Assembly: GCF_006345805.1 (NCBI RefSeq)
Contig: NC_043005.1
Span: 56,668,001 to 56,732,000, forward strand
Length of the DNA stretch: 64,000 nt
Direction of reading: 5' to 3'
From: Octopus sinensis
Taxonomy: Eukaryota
Part shown: one piece after another, positions 14,329 to 27,253 of the stretch
How the letters are laid out: the number at the start of each line of letters is the position of its first letter
Numbering within the stretch: the stretch's first letter is position 1
The notes under the pieces: model-generated
Seen by the model: the letters and a program-made list of their open reading frames with translations, nothing else
Databases searched by the model: none
Told to the model about the DNA's origin: nothing
Program-made: the position numbers and the translations under genes

Positions 14329-14819
14329 CCGTAAATCCTCGAGTATAGTCCGTCCTTGAGTATAATACGCAGGGGATTTTTAGGGGGCTTACCTCTGAAA
14401 AACCTAAACCTTGTCTATAATACGCACCCCTTCTCTAACTTGAGTCAAGGAAGTCTATATAACGTCCTTGGTTTGTGAAAATGTATACGGTAACGTCCTT
14501 TATTATTATTGTATATATAACATAATGCAAATGCTTTTTTGTGCATTTTGTTTGCAGAAAATAAAGAAATAACAGTAATAACGTTTAATAAATGTTGCTT
14601 ATTGCAAGTTATGGATGATTCTTTTATGGCTTCATTGCTTTCAGGCTTATCGTAAGGTATTTTCGTGCCCGATATCACAAAATGCGTCTAAATAAACATT
14701 GCCGGATAGAGACTCGGACATTGCTTAGAAAATAATTTTCATTTTTAACCTCATAGATAGTACACACTATCTATTTTGACCTTTAAATCTTGGGGGAAAT
14801 TATACACGAGGATTTATGG
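14329..14819. mobile_element. Tc1/mariner-superfamily (Tc2/pogo-like) MITE
   Basis: Terminal inverted repeats CCGTAAATCCTCGAGTATA / TATACACGAGGATTTATGG, with TA on both sides; no ORF. Confidence 0.75.
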
Positions 14820-15611
14820 TATATTTAAATTTTCAATGGTAAAATGTAGATAAACAACTTTTTATCTCTTTTTTTTTTAATATTCTTCAAGGTTCAAGAA
14901 GGCAAGTATAAAAGAGAATAGGAACGGAAGGTGGGGAAGGGTGAGTTAGTAAGTTCATGAGAGTATGGAGATGGAGGCGAATGCTGTGAATATTAAATAC
15001 AAGTGATCAGTGACGAATCTCAGTTTAGGAAGAAGGTAAACAAAAAGAGAAATGGGTCAAGAAGGTGATAAGCGGCGGTATATATAAAGTTGAGTGGGGA
15101 GACCAACAGTATAATACAATTGTAGAAGATAAGAAATATGCAAATTATGTAAAGAGTAAAAGGTGAGAGGAGGATACACAGGTTAAAGGTAGTGGTGTAT
15201 ATACTGAATGATAAAGATGTTGGCTGGTGAGGATAATGACAGATACGCGAGGCTGTTCAGGGAAAATGTGGCGTCCAGTGGAAAATAAAGTGGTAAAGGA
15301 TAATATTGAGAATGCAGGATGGGTGACAAAGGAGAGGCATAACTTGTGGCACAAGAGTGGAAAAGAAATATGTGCAGTTTCTCTCATATAGAGATATATT
15401 AGATGATGAGTAAATAGTGAAGTAGTTAGGAGAGTGATGGAGGGATGTTTATTAGAAAATGAATTATGAAGAATTACCAAAGACAGATTGGGTGCAAGAC
15501 CATAAAAAATATATAAGAAAAGACAGCCTTTTAGGGCGTCAAATTTTGCTGAGATGGAAGGGTTTTCTCGAGCAAAACAAATTGCCTATCACATATATAC
15601 ATATATATATA

Positions 15612-16007
15612 CTAGCAGTATCGCCCGGCGTTGCTCGGGTTTGTAAGGGAAATAACTATATAAGCATTTTTAGTGAGTTATAGCAAAAGAATAGCAAAAA
15701 ATGCATTAAAAATGGAATAAAAAATGATGGTATTTTTTTTTAATCGTTGACTCATCGTAGACATTTTTAGAGAGTTACTTCCCTTATATAATAGCGAAAA
15801 ATGCATTAAAATGGAATAAAAAATGATGGTAAATTTTTTTTTAAATTGTAGACTCATCGTAGACGCGCGCTAATACTCAGAAGGGCTCGATATGAATCAC
15901 GACTATAATATACCCGGTTTTGGTTACACTGCACCGCAAAATGTGGGAGTAGTTAGGAATCTAAATCGTAGGAGACAGACACACAACCTTACTTTTATAT
16001 ATAAAGA
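15612..16007 (-). mobile_element. Non-autonomous Helitron; a second partial copy lies at ~16305-16510
   Basis: The minus strand starts TCTTTATATATAAAAG and ends with the CCCGAGCAACGCCGGG hairpin + CTAG, the same hairpin as at 12079-12094. It has an internal ~110 bp duplication. Confidence 0.8.
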
Positions 16008-16506
16008 TTTGTGCAACAACTAAAACATTCGGTTGTGCAAATTATTTGCACAGGAAACCTGCCCTGTGTGGCGGTAATTGCCGTTTTTGTGGATCTGTTT
16101 CAGCTTTTTTAGCGATTTCTGTTTTGGCGACTTCAAGCCATGAAGTCGTTGTTCTAAAAGAACGCTGGTCTCCTTGACAACGCATTACGACGTTGATTTC
16201 CTTACACTCCCTTCCCCACAGCTTCACGAGGGAGGGAAGAAGTAGGAGAAGCAACACATGTGCAGGTGTGAGCGTGGACGCCAACTCCGCCGCCATCGAC
16301 ACACGAAAAAATATGCATTAAAATGGAATAAAAAATGATGTTAAATTATTTTTAAAATCGTAGACTCATCGTAGACGCGCGCTAATACCCAGACGGGCTC
16401 GATATGAATCACGACTATAAGATACCCGAATTTGGTTAAACTGCACCGCAAAATGTGGGAGTAGTTAGGAATCTAAATCGAAGGGGACAGACACTCACAC
16501 AACTAC

Positions 16507-16510
<4 letters not shown>

Positions 16511-16594
<84 letters not shown>

Positions 16595-16631
16595 ACACAC
16601 ACATATATTTTTGTGTGCGTGCGTGTGTGTG

Positions 16632-16702
<71 letters not shown>
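16511..16702. repeat. (TA)n/(GT)n microsatellites
   Basis: Directly visible. Confidence 0.95.
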
Positions 16703-16704
<2 letters not shown>

Positions 16705-16706
<2 letters not shown>

Positions 16707-17186
16707 CCCGCAGAACTTCTGAAGTTCGCAACTGATTTTCTCCAAACTGGGAACATACATTACTTATGCTCCAGATATGGTTTTTAGAGTTTTAGTAAAC
16801 TCAATCGGAAAAACAATTTCACTTCTTGTTAATGATAAAGCAGGACCACCCAGAGTTTTTTGCCTTATTGATCTTATTGTTCTTTTGAAACTTTGTATTT
16901 TTGGCAATTTCGGTGAAACATCCAGATAGCAATTTTCAAAAACGCTAGACACAACAGAATGAGGTGGATCTTAGGCTGTCTTGACTATTTGACGCATTTT
17001 TGAGACAATTTTATTGGACTCAATTTCGACGGAATCCAATACATGATTATACTCTTTAGAAAATTTAACAATTTCATCATTGATTATTATTCGAGCAAGA
17101 CATTTTGATAGAAAATATTTCTCACATTTCCAATATTTTTGTTCACCATTTTGACTAATTCTATGAAAAGAATGCCCATTGAAAAG
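16705..17186 (-). pseudogene. FLYWCH + MULE-type transposase remnant, split by the mariner
   Basis: The minus strand reads (NRKKI)LFNGHSFHRISQNGEQKYWKCEKYFLSKCLARI...LPKIQSFKRTIRSIR. The NRKKI codons lie at ~19483-19497, on the other side of the mariner. Confidence 0.65.
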
Positions 17187-17188
17187 TA

Positions 17189-19482
17189 TTAGGTCATTAA
17201 AAATTAAATGCCCGATTTTCTAATGCACCAAGTTTGACAGTCGTTAACTCTAATGTTTTATCCTGACAATTCTTTGTTTTATAACATTGAAGAGTTACAT
17301 CATCACTTTCGAAATGCAGTTCATGGTGTCTGCTTATATTGTGAGTTTTCTCTTGTAAATCAATTTTGTGAACCCATGGATAGATAAAAAATTCGTGTTG
17401 TTTAATGAATATGAGTTTTGTCGTGGAACCAATGCATCCCAGACAGCTCGAAACATCAATGAGGTGTTTGGTGAAGATGTGGCGAATAAGCACCCTGCAC
17501 GTCGATAGTTTGAGAAGTTCCGGTCTGGTGGCTTTACTCTTGAAAATCAGCCTGAGACTAAGGCGAATGATGATGAGCAGGAAACTGTAGTGGAAGCGGA
17601 TACATCTCAAACTACGCGTGAGTTAGCAGCAAGGTTTGATGGTCCAACCGTATTGGACCATCTGAAACAAATCGGCTTGATAAAGAAGCTGGACAAGTGG
17701 GTACCACACGAACTGAACAAGCATCAAGTGACACGTCGTCTTGAAACTTGCTCTTCTTTGCTATCATGGCTAAAAAGTGAACCAATTCGGTATCGTATCG
17801 TTACGTGTGATGAAAAATAGATTATTTTGAACAATAGCAAGCGTTCTGCACGGTGGTTGGATAGAGACAAAGTACCAAAACATAATTCCAAAAAGAATAT
17901 TCACTAAAAAAAGCTAGTGGTGTCTGTTTGGTGGTCCAGCGATGGTGTCATCCACTACAGCTTCATGAGACCTGGTAAGTCAATTACAGCGGGTGTATAC
18001 ATCAACCATTTGGATGAAATGATGAGTGAACTTGCAATGAAACAACCAAGACTGGTCGATAGAAACAGGCTAATTCTCTAGTAAGACAATGCTCGACCAC
18101 ATGCTGCACAAAAAACGCTACACAAGTTATAGAAACTGATCTTCGAAGTACTCTCTCATCCACCATATTCACCAGACCTTACACAACTGACTATCACGTT
18201 TTCCAGGCATTAGACAACTGTAGCGGACCCTTAGAGAAATCCTCCCCCCCTCTCTCTCTCTCTTTCTCTCTCACTGACATATACGTATAACACAAATACG
18301 GACGTAGCAGATAACAGCCAACCTTCGTACCCTTAGGCCCAGTTGTGTCCACAACTCTGATTGGTTAGTTTGGGTGCAGTTTATCAATTGCTTTATTTCG
18401 CGCCAGTGTGCAAACCAATCAATCGCAACCTTCCGATAAGGTCCCGTGACACTGCTTTCTAAAGCTAGTTTGAGCCTGTAGTTTGCTATAAAACACAGCG
18501 ATTCATTGAATCGCACGTCTTTGGTTCTCACCACTGATCACAGAGCACCCAGCGACACAGCCATGTTCCAGAGACAGTCAGCCAGTTCCAGCGACCGCGA
18601 CACCACCACTAGCAGCATTTCAGGATCTTCACCACCGTCACCTTCACCTTAATGTTGCCTTCATCTTAAAGTCGTCTCCACCATCGTCGCCTTTATCTTA
18701 CGTACACAGCAACATCGCCCAGGTTTAACTTCACGCTGTTTATGAGTACTTCACCATGGTTAACAGCTAGCTCAGCCTGCGAGAACCTTCTGTACCAAGT
18801 AACCCGGCACAGCATAGAAGCTACAACCGCTACATGACATGTGTTCAACCGGCTCTGCCTTGTGACCTCAACTATTGTGCGAACTGGTATCTATCTTCAA
18901 CTTGTGTCTGAACTTCTAGCGTCCTGTTATAGACTCATTTCTATGCTCTGTATTTTATCTCACATGCATACACCCTTGTTTGTACACACCTACACGTTAT
19001 GTATGCTTAGCGGTCTGTCTATTATTATTCTTATTATATATGTACTTATGACGCACACAGGTACAGACACTCTGCTACCCACATGTTAACATCTAAATAA
19101 ACCTTTCTCTTTAACATACTGCGGTTGTATTGTCTTTCTCCATATTCTTTCTGGCATCTGTATTCGTTTATCCATATTTTGACTTTTATTGTAAGGCGAC
19201 CGTGCGGTGTTTAAAAGGAGTCGTTCATTCGCCACCATCTCATTTCGCACGGTCGAAGGAAAAACTTCAAATCTGAAGAAGATGCAAAAACATCCTTTCG
19301 TGATTTCATCATCTCTTGCTCTCCAGAATTCTTCGCTGCTGGCATAAATAAGCTACCGATAAAATGGCAAAACTGTGTTGATAATTTAGGTGCATACTTT
19401 GATTAACTGCATTGCATTTTCTCGAGATAAAGTAAAATAAACTTTCAGTTGAAAATCGGATATTTTATTCTTAATGATCTGA
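17189..19482 (+). mobile_element. Mariner (DD34D) transposon, decayed and interrupted by a solo LTR
   Basis: Imperfect ~30 bp terminal inverted repeats (TTAGGTCATTAAAAATTAAATGCCCGATTTTC / GAAAATCGGATATTTTATTCTTAATGATCTGA) with a TA TSD. Motifs WVPHEL, IVTCDEK, DNARPH and HPPYSPDL; many stops. Confidence 0.92.
18219..19237 (+). mobile_element. Probable solo LTR nested in the mariner
   Basis: About 1 kb non-coding insert with termini TGTAGCG...CGCCACCA, a TATA-like CTATAAAA near 18486 and AATAAA near 19096. The TSD is not clear. Confidence 0.55.
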
Positions 19483-19790
19483 TATCTTTTTACGATTATA
19501 TATAAATATATTTTTCAATAAATATATTCAAACGACATTTTGCGTTAATTAAGTTTCTGAAACAGCTATTTATACTAATCGTTATGTAGAACGGGATTAA
19601 TTGTGATCATCAGCCGAATTGAGTTTGAAACAAGAGCATCAACCGAATCGAGCTTGAAAATAAATATTAAGAAATTTTGAAAATAACTAGTTCAAATAAC
19701 TAGATCAAGTCTTTTTCTCGGCACTTGAAAATAAATATAACAAAAATTTTTAAATGTGTTTTAGATTAATTACCATTAGATGAAAAATAC

Positions 19791-20776
19791 TGTTACGAAC
19801 CTGCCGTCGCTCAACTCGAACTCGGGACCCTAAGTCGAGCGACGACGACGACCACGCTCAGTCAAACGGAAATCCACCACAGAAAACGGTTATGGGTTGT
19901 CAGCGAACACAGACCGGTGACCGGAGACAACAACAACAACAACAGGAAGAGAGAGACACGGCGGAAGGCAGTTGCTTACATTTAACAACAGTTTATCCAA
20001 TTGTTACAACATCAAATAAAACGTAATACATATCAGATACATTTAAGAGAAGCATTTACAACAGATTGTACAGGGTTAAAAGAAGAAAAACAAACAATAA
20101 CAATCAATGCATGCACAATACACGACGTTCGAAAACAGTCCACATTAAATGTTCTTCCTCTTCTCTTCAACAATTCTTTTTTTTTTACATTTAACAGATT
20201 ACAGTTTGTCACAATGTTCTTTTCCCTTCTTTTTCCTTCTCTTTTTTACATTTCTCTTTACACAATGTTCTTTTCCCTTTTTTTAACACAGTTCACAAGT
20301 TCTTTTCTCTTTTCTTTTCACATTTCACATCAACATCCAAAATTCAACAACAAAAACATAAACATTACCGCACGTTCCGAGTCTGCAACAACCTCAGCTC
20401 CCACTACAAATAGCCATGCCTTCTCGCCGTAATCTCCCTCACTTCCTCTCTACTGACATGTCCTCAATCCCCTGTGTCTGTCTTTCTCGCCACGCTTGTC
20501 ATCCCTGTCGTTGCCTCTCGCCTGACATCTCTCACATTCACTGTCTCTGCCCAAACTGACCACTAACCCCAATGCCAGCCGCATTTATAAAGGGTAGCAT
20601 TTTTATTTCTTTCTTAAATTTTGCTTGACCGGATAAGGGTCAGAGTACCTTCCAACCTCATTAATTTCCCTTACCGGTAACAAGACAAAAGGCCCATAAC
20701 TTGTTTCTCCAGCCTGTCCGGCACCAAACCAACGAAACTGGGTCATAGCACTTTTTCTCCGACTGACCTCGTATCA
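19791..20776. mobile_element. Solo LTR (Gypsy-like)
   Basis: TGTTACGA...TCGTATCA termini with a 4-bp TSD ATAC (19787-19790 and 20777-20780); 986 bp, non-coding. Confidence 0.75.
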
Positions 20777-20882
20777 ATACGTTAGATTAATTGCTACAAG
20801 ATCAATTGTATTTTAAATATTTTCGCCGGATACTATGTTAAACATACAGATACCAACATACGCATTCAGTTGTTGTTTTATG

Positions 20883-20996
20883 CACACCACACACACACAC
20901 ACACAGAGTCTCACACAGTCACGTTCACACAAACACTCACACACAATTTCAAATAGTTACGTGCACACAGTCTCATACAGGTACGCGCGCGCGCAC

Positions 20997-21051
<55 letters not shown>

Positions 21052-21402
21052 GTTTCATACAGTTACGCGCGCACACACATACGCAATCTCATACCGATAC
21101 GCGCGCGCACAAGCACAAGTTTCATTCAGTTACGCGCACACGCACACTCACAGTTTCATACAGTTACGCGCATGCACACATACACACACAGAGAGTACCA
21201 TACAATTATACGCACACACAAACACAGTCTCATAGTTACAAGAGCGCCGTCGCGCACACATACGCACACACACACACACACACAAACGCTCACACACACA
21301 CACATACGCTCACACACACATACGCACGCGCACACGCACACACGCACACACATACCTTCACACACACATACGTACGCGTGCACACACACACACACACACA
21401 CA
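20883..21402. repeat. Degenerate (CA)n-rich compound microsatellite
   Basis: Directly visible. Confidence 0.9.
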
Positions 21403-21408
21403 GATACC

Positions 21409-21809
21409 TATTTCTTTACTACCCACAAGGGGCTAAACACAGACAGGACAAACAAGGACAGACAAACGGATTAAGTCGATTATATCGGCCCCAGTGCGTA
21501 ACTGGTACTTATTTAATCGACCCCGAAAGGATGAAAGGCAAAATCGACCACGGCGGAATTTGAACTCAGAACGTAAAGACAGACGAAATACCTATTTCTT
21601 TATTACCCACAAGGGGCTAAACAAGGACAGACATAGGTATTAAGTCGATTACATCGACCCCAGTGCGTAACTGGTACTTATTAATCGACCCCGAAAGGAT
21701 GAAAGGCAAAGTCGACCACGGCGGAATTTGAACTCAGAACGTAAAGACAGACGAAAAACCGCTAAGCATTTCGCCCGGCGTGCTAACGTTTCTGCCAGCT
21801 CGCCGCCTT
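21409..21809 (-). mobile_element. tRNA-derived SINE dimer (Tx1-tailed family)
   Basis: Head GGCGGCGAGCTGGCAGAAACGTTAGC...GAGTTCAAATTCC (A/B-box-like), core GCCTTTCATCCTTTCGGGGTCGAT, tail GCCCCTTGTGGGTARTAAAGAAATA. The second unit begins at GGTATTTCGTCTG. Imperfect TSD GGTATCT(G/T)TGTGTGTGT. Confidence 0.9.
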
Positions 21810-22005
21810 ATACACACACAAAGATACCAGCTGACAATCAGCGTTATATTTTTCATTTATTTATTACAAGAATGATCTGCCATTTATTGATGTAAATCAT
21901 ATTTTAGATCCAATGAATAATAATATATATTACATAATATCTTTGTAATTCACTGATTTTCTTTACAGTATTATCTTTTCTATTCACTTCAACATTGAAG
22001 TTTAA

Positions 22006-22126
22006 TTTGTCAAAATATGTTCGTCGCTTTAAGACCGCGACCTGTTCACTGACAAAAATCCGTGCTGCACGGATTTTTGTCAGTGAACAGGTCGCGGTCT
22101 TAAAGCGACGAAAATATTTTGACAAA
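22006..22126. repeat. 121-bp near-perfect palindrome (fold-back/MITE-like)
   Basis: 60-bp arms with a 1-nt centre at 22066 and one mismatch. Confidence 0.95.
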
Positions 22127-22127
22127 A

Positions 22128-22189
22128 GGCGGCGAGCTGGCAGAATCGTTAGCACGTCGGGCGAAATGCGTAGCCGTATTTCGTCTGCC
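22128..22189 (+). mobile_element. 5' part of a tRNA-derived SINE, split by Tx1 copy B
   Basis: GGCGGCGAGCTGGCAGAATCGTTAGCACGTCGGGCGAAATGCGTAGCCGTATTTCGTCTGCC; the SINE continues at 27493. Confidence 0.92.
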
Positions 22190-22645
22190 ACACGTGTGTT
22201 CGTGGTAAGAATTGCTGTTAATATTGTTAATAACTGTTGTTTCTTGTTAAACTGTTGAATAACTTAACTGTTGGAGTTTTCAATTGAAAACACTTAGTGC
22301 TTGTGGTAGCACGCGTTGTTCATTCCCCTTTTGTGGGGAAGAATGTCGTCTAGCATGGAGCCTACCGTTGGAGCAGAAATACTTGTTTCTCCTGTTTAGA
22401 GGAGGAAAAACATGTCCGGCGAGGAGCCAACTACAGACAGGGAAATAAGGGTTTCCCCCGCTACAAGAAGGAATAGCAGAGTGGATAATATATTTGATTT
22501 TTTTGGAGATGTGTCTGAGAGCTCGTCAGAACTTTCACCAGAAAAGTTTCCGACTTTGCCAGAGAACAAAGGCATTGTGTCGAAGTGAATAATTGATGTA
22601 CCTAGCATCCAGATAGAACCAAAAAATGGAAAAAGAAGTTTTGCG

Positions 22646-23878
22646 TTGGCTGCTGGGGGTGGAACCCGGCTACTGTCGACGAATAAAAGCGACTTTATGA
22701 AATACAGCCAAATGATGAAAATAACTGACAACGGTGTGAAAATTGAACCTCCGCAAAAGTTATTACAAGAAGAAAAGCAAAAAACAATAATTTTCAAAAC
22801 ATATTGTCTACAAAAAAGAAAAATTGAAAGAATGTCAGAAGAGAAAATAGAAAAGTGCTTAAAGCCAATATGGGGCGACGTAGTTTATCTGAGAAGAGGC
22901 AAAAAAATCGGAACGGTGGAAGTAAGGTTCACCAATAAAAAAATAGCACACAAGAACTCAGTTGAAACGCTGAAAACGAACGACGTGGAGCTCATCCCCT
23001 ATTATATGGGGATGAGGACGTCCAGAATAAAAATTACAAGGGTCCCGCCAGAAGTCGACCCAATGTGGTTGTTGGCGGCAGTCCTAATCAAAGAGGTAGA
23101 AAAGATTACTCTCCTCCAGGCTACCGCTACGGAAAACCCACGCTGGAATGATCAAACAATTAATCTTCTCATTCAAGCGGACCCTAAAATAATTCAAGCA
23201 ATTCCCGAGTCAATTGAGGTAGGGGAGGAGAGCATCGTGGTGTTTGTTGAGGGCCGAAAACCTCGATGTTTTTTATGTGGTCAATTAGGCCACATTCGAA
23301 GGAACTGCAAGGAAAATGAAGAAGAGGAGGAAGAGGAGAAAAAAGACAAAGAGGAAGAAGATAAAGAAGAAACAGATGAGAAAAAAACAACAAACAAAAG
23401 AAAAATACAACCAGCAACCCAGCCGAAAGCGGCGACTACTACAGAACAACGACCAAAAAAGACTGCCAGAAGAGAAAAAGAAGAAAAAGGCATAATAGCC
23501 GTATACACTAAAGATACTGAGCTCATGAGAGACATTCAACTGATAAAGACTGTAAAAAAAATAGATAACCTTTCAGAGGAATTTATCAATTACGACATAT
23601 ATGAAGTCTCAAATAAGACTTATAGAATTCTACAAAGCAAATACAGAAAGACTGTATCTTCATTAAGATTATATTTTAACAAGTCGATATTTCATGGATT
23701 ACCAGCCCCGATCCCGCGAGAAAAGGAAAAGGTGGAGATTCCCCCTCCACCTGATAATTCTGTGTCGGTGGTGAGACGGGATTTTGACAAATCTATTTCC
23801 CAAAACCGTCTACCTCCGACCCTGGATCAAAAAAGGTGGAGGGACCCCTCCACCGGACAATCCTGTTTATACAGGTAA
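22646..23878 (+). CDS. Tx1 ORF1 (RRM-like region + CCHC zinc knuckle + acidic/basic tail); true start uncertain
   Basis: 410-aa open frame containing VEGRKPRCFLCGQLGHIRRNC; it stops 3 nt before the ORF2 ATG. Confidence 0.85.
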   Translation: MAAGGGTRLLSTNKSDFMKYSQMMKITDNGVKIEPPQKLLQEEKQKTIIFKTYCLQKRKIERMSEEKIEKCLKPIWGDVVYLRRGKKIGTVEVRFTNKKIAHKNSVETLKTNDVELIPYYMGMRTSRIKITRVPPEVDPMWLLAAVLIKEVEKITLLQATATENPRWNDQTINLLIQADPKIIQAIPESIEVGEESIVVFVEGRKPRCFLCGQLGHIRRNCKENEEEEEEEKKDKEEEDKEETDEKKTTNKRKIQPATQPKAATTTEQRPKKTARREKEEKGIIAVYTKDTELMRDIQLIKTVKKIDNLSEEFINYDIYEVSNKTYRILQSKYRKTVSSLRLYFNKSIFHGLPAPIPREKEKVEIPPPPDNSVSVVRRDFDKSISQNRLPPTLDQKRWRDPSTGQSCLYR

Positions 23879-23881
23879 GTC

Positions 23882-26800
23882 ATGTCTATTCACATTGGTT
23901 GTTTAAATGTTCATGGCCTGTTGTCAAGCTGGAAGCAAGGACGCTTTCTAAATGACATCAGGTCGAGAAATTTGGATGTAATTGTCGCAACGGAAACCCG
24001 GGTGAAGGGGCTAAGAGATCTGCTCCCCCTCCTGAACGGCTACGAGAAATACGTTTCTCCGAGTCGGGCGGGAGGTGGGGTGGGGTGTTGGTCCTACTAA
24101 AAAGAAACCGGGTAGCCGAGAAAAAGTTGGTTTTTTCTGACCCAGAAGGCAGGCTGGTCGTTGTGGCAAGACAATCAGGCTGGTCGCTATTTACGCACCA
24201 AACATTATTGGCCCGCAAACTGACCTGGGAAAGTTCCTAGCCACGTCGCATTCACTAGTAGTGTTAGGAGACTCTAATACAATATGTGCAGCACACACAG
24301 ATTGTGTTGGCTCAAGCTCGAACATGAACAGAAAATGTAACCCAGGCTTTCGGGATCTGCTAAGTCAATTTCAGCTAGCAGATCCATATAGGTTGGAGCA
24401 CCCGAACACTCCACAGTGGACGTGGTCAAATATTGACGGGTCTACCAGAACATATCTAGATAGGATTTTAATTAGAGAAAAAGATAAGTCCATAGTTGAG
24501 TGTCCACAGTTTTTTCTAGTCAGCTACAGTGACCACAAGATGGTTACCTGTAAACTGACGGTAGATAAGTTGCATAGACAGGGATCTGGCAACTGGAAAC
24601 TCAATACGTCCCTTTTGGCGATTGAGGAGTACAGAAAGCGGATCAAGATGTTAATACAGAGGGCATTAACAGGTACCATCATTAATAACAAATGGTGGTA
24701 CGCCCTAAAAAGAGCCATCAAATATGAGTCTATTAGGTTTAGCATAAGTTTAGCTAAGAAGGGACGTAAAATAGGAGATGGTCTAGTTAAGGAACTAGAA
24801 GAAGCCTGGAGGACTGGTAATACAGACCAAGCGAGGGTGAAAAGACTGGAGTTAAACCAACATCTTGAAGCCCACCACATGGGAAGTATTACCAGAGCTA
24901 AGTTACGTGCAATGGGAAGTGAAGGAATCAAAGCCGCTGGATGGGCCCGAGTGGTGGAAGCTCGGCAAGGAAATAGTTCCTCTATTCGGTCTTTGACGAA
25001 TCAAAATGGTGTCTTGGTAAACGAACCCGAGAAAATGTGTGAGGTCTTTCGGGAGTACTTCGCCCAGCTGTTCGGGGGGTGACGGCGGTCCTGGTGGTGG
25101 GAGAGCCCTCGAGGACTTTCTTACCGGGCTGCCGTGCCTCTCGGGGTCGGATGCGGAGTCTTGCGAAGGGCCAATCACACCTGAGGAGGTGATGGAGGCT
25201 TTGGCCGATTGTAAAGCGGGTAAGTCACCGGGACTTGATGGTCTTCCGTACGAGCTGTATAAATGTATGCCAGACTTGTTCGGGCAACTACTGACTGACG
25301 TGTACGCGAACTGGAAACAGAATGGGTTTATCCCCAGATCTGTGCGCCGGGGAGTAGTGACGTTGGTCAGAAAGGACCCGGACAAGGGGGACGTTCTAGA
25401 GAATTTCAGGCCCATCACTCTGTTAAACGCAGAAGTGAAGATTTTGGCCAAGGTTCTAGCAAAAAGGTTGGCGCGTGTCGCGAATGGTATAGTCGGGGAG
25501 GCACAGACATGTGCCATCCCAGGCAGAACCATTCAGGATACCCTCCATCTTATTCGCTATACCATAGAGAGGGTTGGTAATAAATCTGGCAAAGGTGGGG
25601 CATTGGTGCATTTGGACCAGTCTAAAGCTTTTGATAGGGTTGACCATCGATACCTAGCGACTGTACTTGCGCGGTTTGGCCTGGGTCTTGGCTTCCTCAG
25701 GTGGTTTATCGCTTTGTACCACAACATTGACTCGATTGTTCGGGTGAACGGTTTCCTTTCGAAGCCGTTCTGTATCAAACGCTCGGTTCGTCAAGGATGT
25801 CCGCTTTCACCACTTTTGTATGTGATGGCTCTCGAGCCATTACTGCAAAGGTTGAGTGGCATCCCGAGAGAACCAGGACTAGAGGAGTTTGTTACGGCTT
25901 TCGCGGATGATATCACTATCAGTGTAACCACAGTAGCACGCCTACGTGAAGTAGGTAAAACTATTGAGGCTTACGAGAAGGTAGCAGGAGCAAAGATTAA
26001 CCGGGAAAAGTCGGTCGGCTTGCAGCTCGGCACCTGGGTTGGCAAGTCGATGCCTTCAGACAGCGTTGTTAGGCGCTGGACGGAGGGACCGGTTAAGTTG
26101 CTGGGAGTCTGGTTTGGACCAGGCCTCCAGATAGAGAAGAACTGGACGGAGGTATTGAGCAGGGTGGCTGCAGTAGTCAAGACCTGGTCTTGGCGGTGGC
26201 TATCTCTGAAAGGGAGGGCGGAGGTGGCCAATGTGTTTATCGCATCGGTCATTACCTACCGCCTGACTGTCGTGCCCTGTCCGGATTCGTGGTTGATCAG
26301 GTTGGAGAGACAGCTCTTTCGCATTTTGTGGAAGGGCAGGTCGCCACTTGTGAAACTCTCTGTCTGCTGTCAAAAGCCTTTAAAGGGAGGTTTAGGGATG
26401 CCTTGGTTAATGATGCGCAGACATGCGTTGAGGTTGAGACACCTCTGGATTCTCCTGGATAGTGAACGGGTGTGGTCTCCGCTAGCCAGACAAATGTTCC
26501 CTGAGTTCAAGAGTTTTTGCGAACAGGAAGCCTGGTGTTCTCGTAGACCGAGGTCGAGTGAGTGGCATAAAGAGTGCCGTAAGGCCCTCTTGCTTTTCCG
26601 GCGCTCGGGCAACGCCAGCGGTGGGGGTTCCACACGGATTTTATATAGTGGGTTGGTAGAGTCTGAATGCGACGATGACCTGGGGTTGACTCTAGGTTTC
26701 GGATTTATTCAACTGGACAGCTTGTTTCATCGTACATTCGGGTTGAGAACGTTGGACAACTTCCAAAAGTCCTTAACCTGGCAATGTTACAGAAGTGCCT

Positions 26801-27253
26801 TTCCCGTTTGGGATAAGCTCGCAAGACATGGTAAACGTCAGTCGCCGACCTGTCCAAGATGCGGGGGGGGGCAGGGAAACCATCCCTCACGCTATTGTTC
26901 AGTGTCCGGAGATAACTGAAATGTGGGCTTATGCTGAACATCTGTTGTCCGGCGAAGTAAGAGTACGGCTGTCGACTGAGTCAATTATAAAAATTGACCC
27001 ACCGGAAGTTCTAACGAACGAAGGTAAGAATTGTTTTCTCACGGTTGTAGCAATAGCAAAAGAGGCTGTATGGAAGACTAGGATAAAAGGAATTAAGACA
27101 GGCAACTTTATGTCTGGTCACAATTTACGATCTTTTTTCTCTTTTCATTTGAAAAGGAAACTGTGGCTGGAGAAGAGGTGTCTGTCGGAATGTACGTTCC
27201 AAAAGAGATGGAAGTATGTTGCACGAGTGTTGTGCGTGCAAGGAACCGTGTGA
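23882..27253 (+). pseudogene. Tx1 ORF2 (APE-RT-zinc finger), with frameshifts and a deletion in the APE region
   Basis: MSIHIGCLNVHGL, VATET, YLDRI, SDHK, KSPGLDGLPYELY, LDQSKAFDRVDH, RQGCPLSPLLY, FADDIT, TCPRCG..ETIPHAIVQC. Two of the frameshifts fall in G homopolymers (~25074 and ~26864). Confidence 0.93.

Noticed and set aside
22128-22189. tRNA genes at SINE heads (also 38255 and 59300)
   Set aside because: A/B boxes are present, but there is no complete cloverleaf and they continue into SINE bodies.
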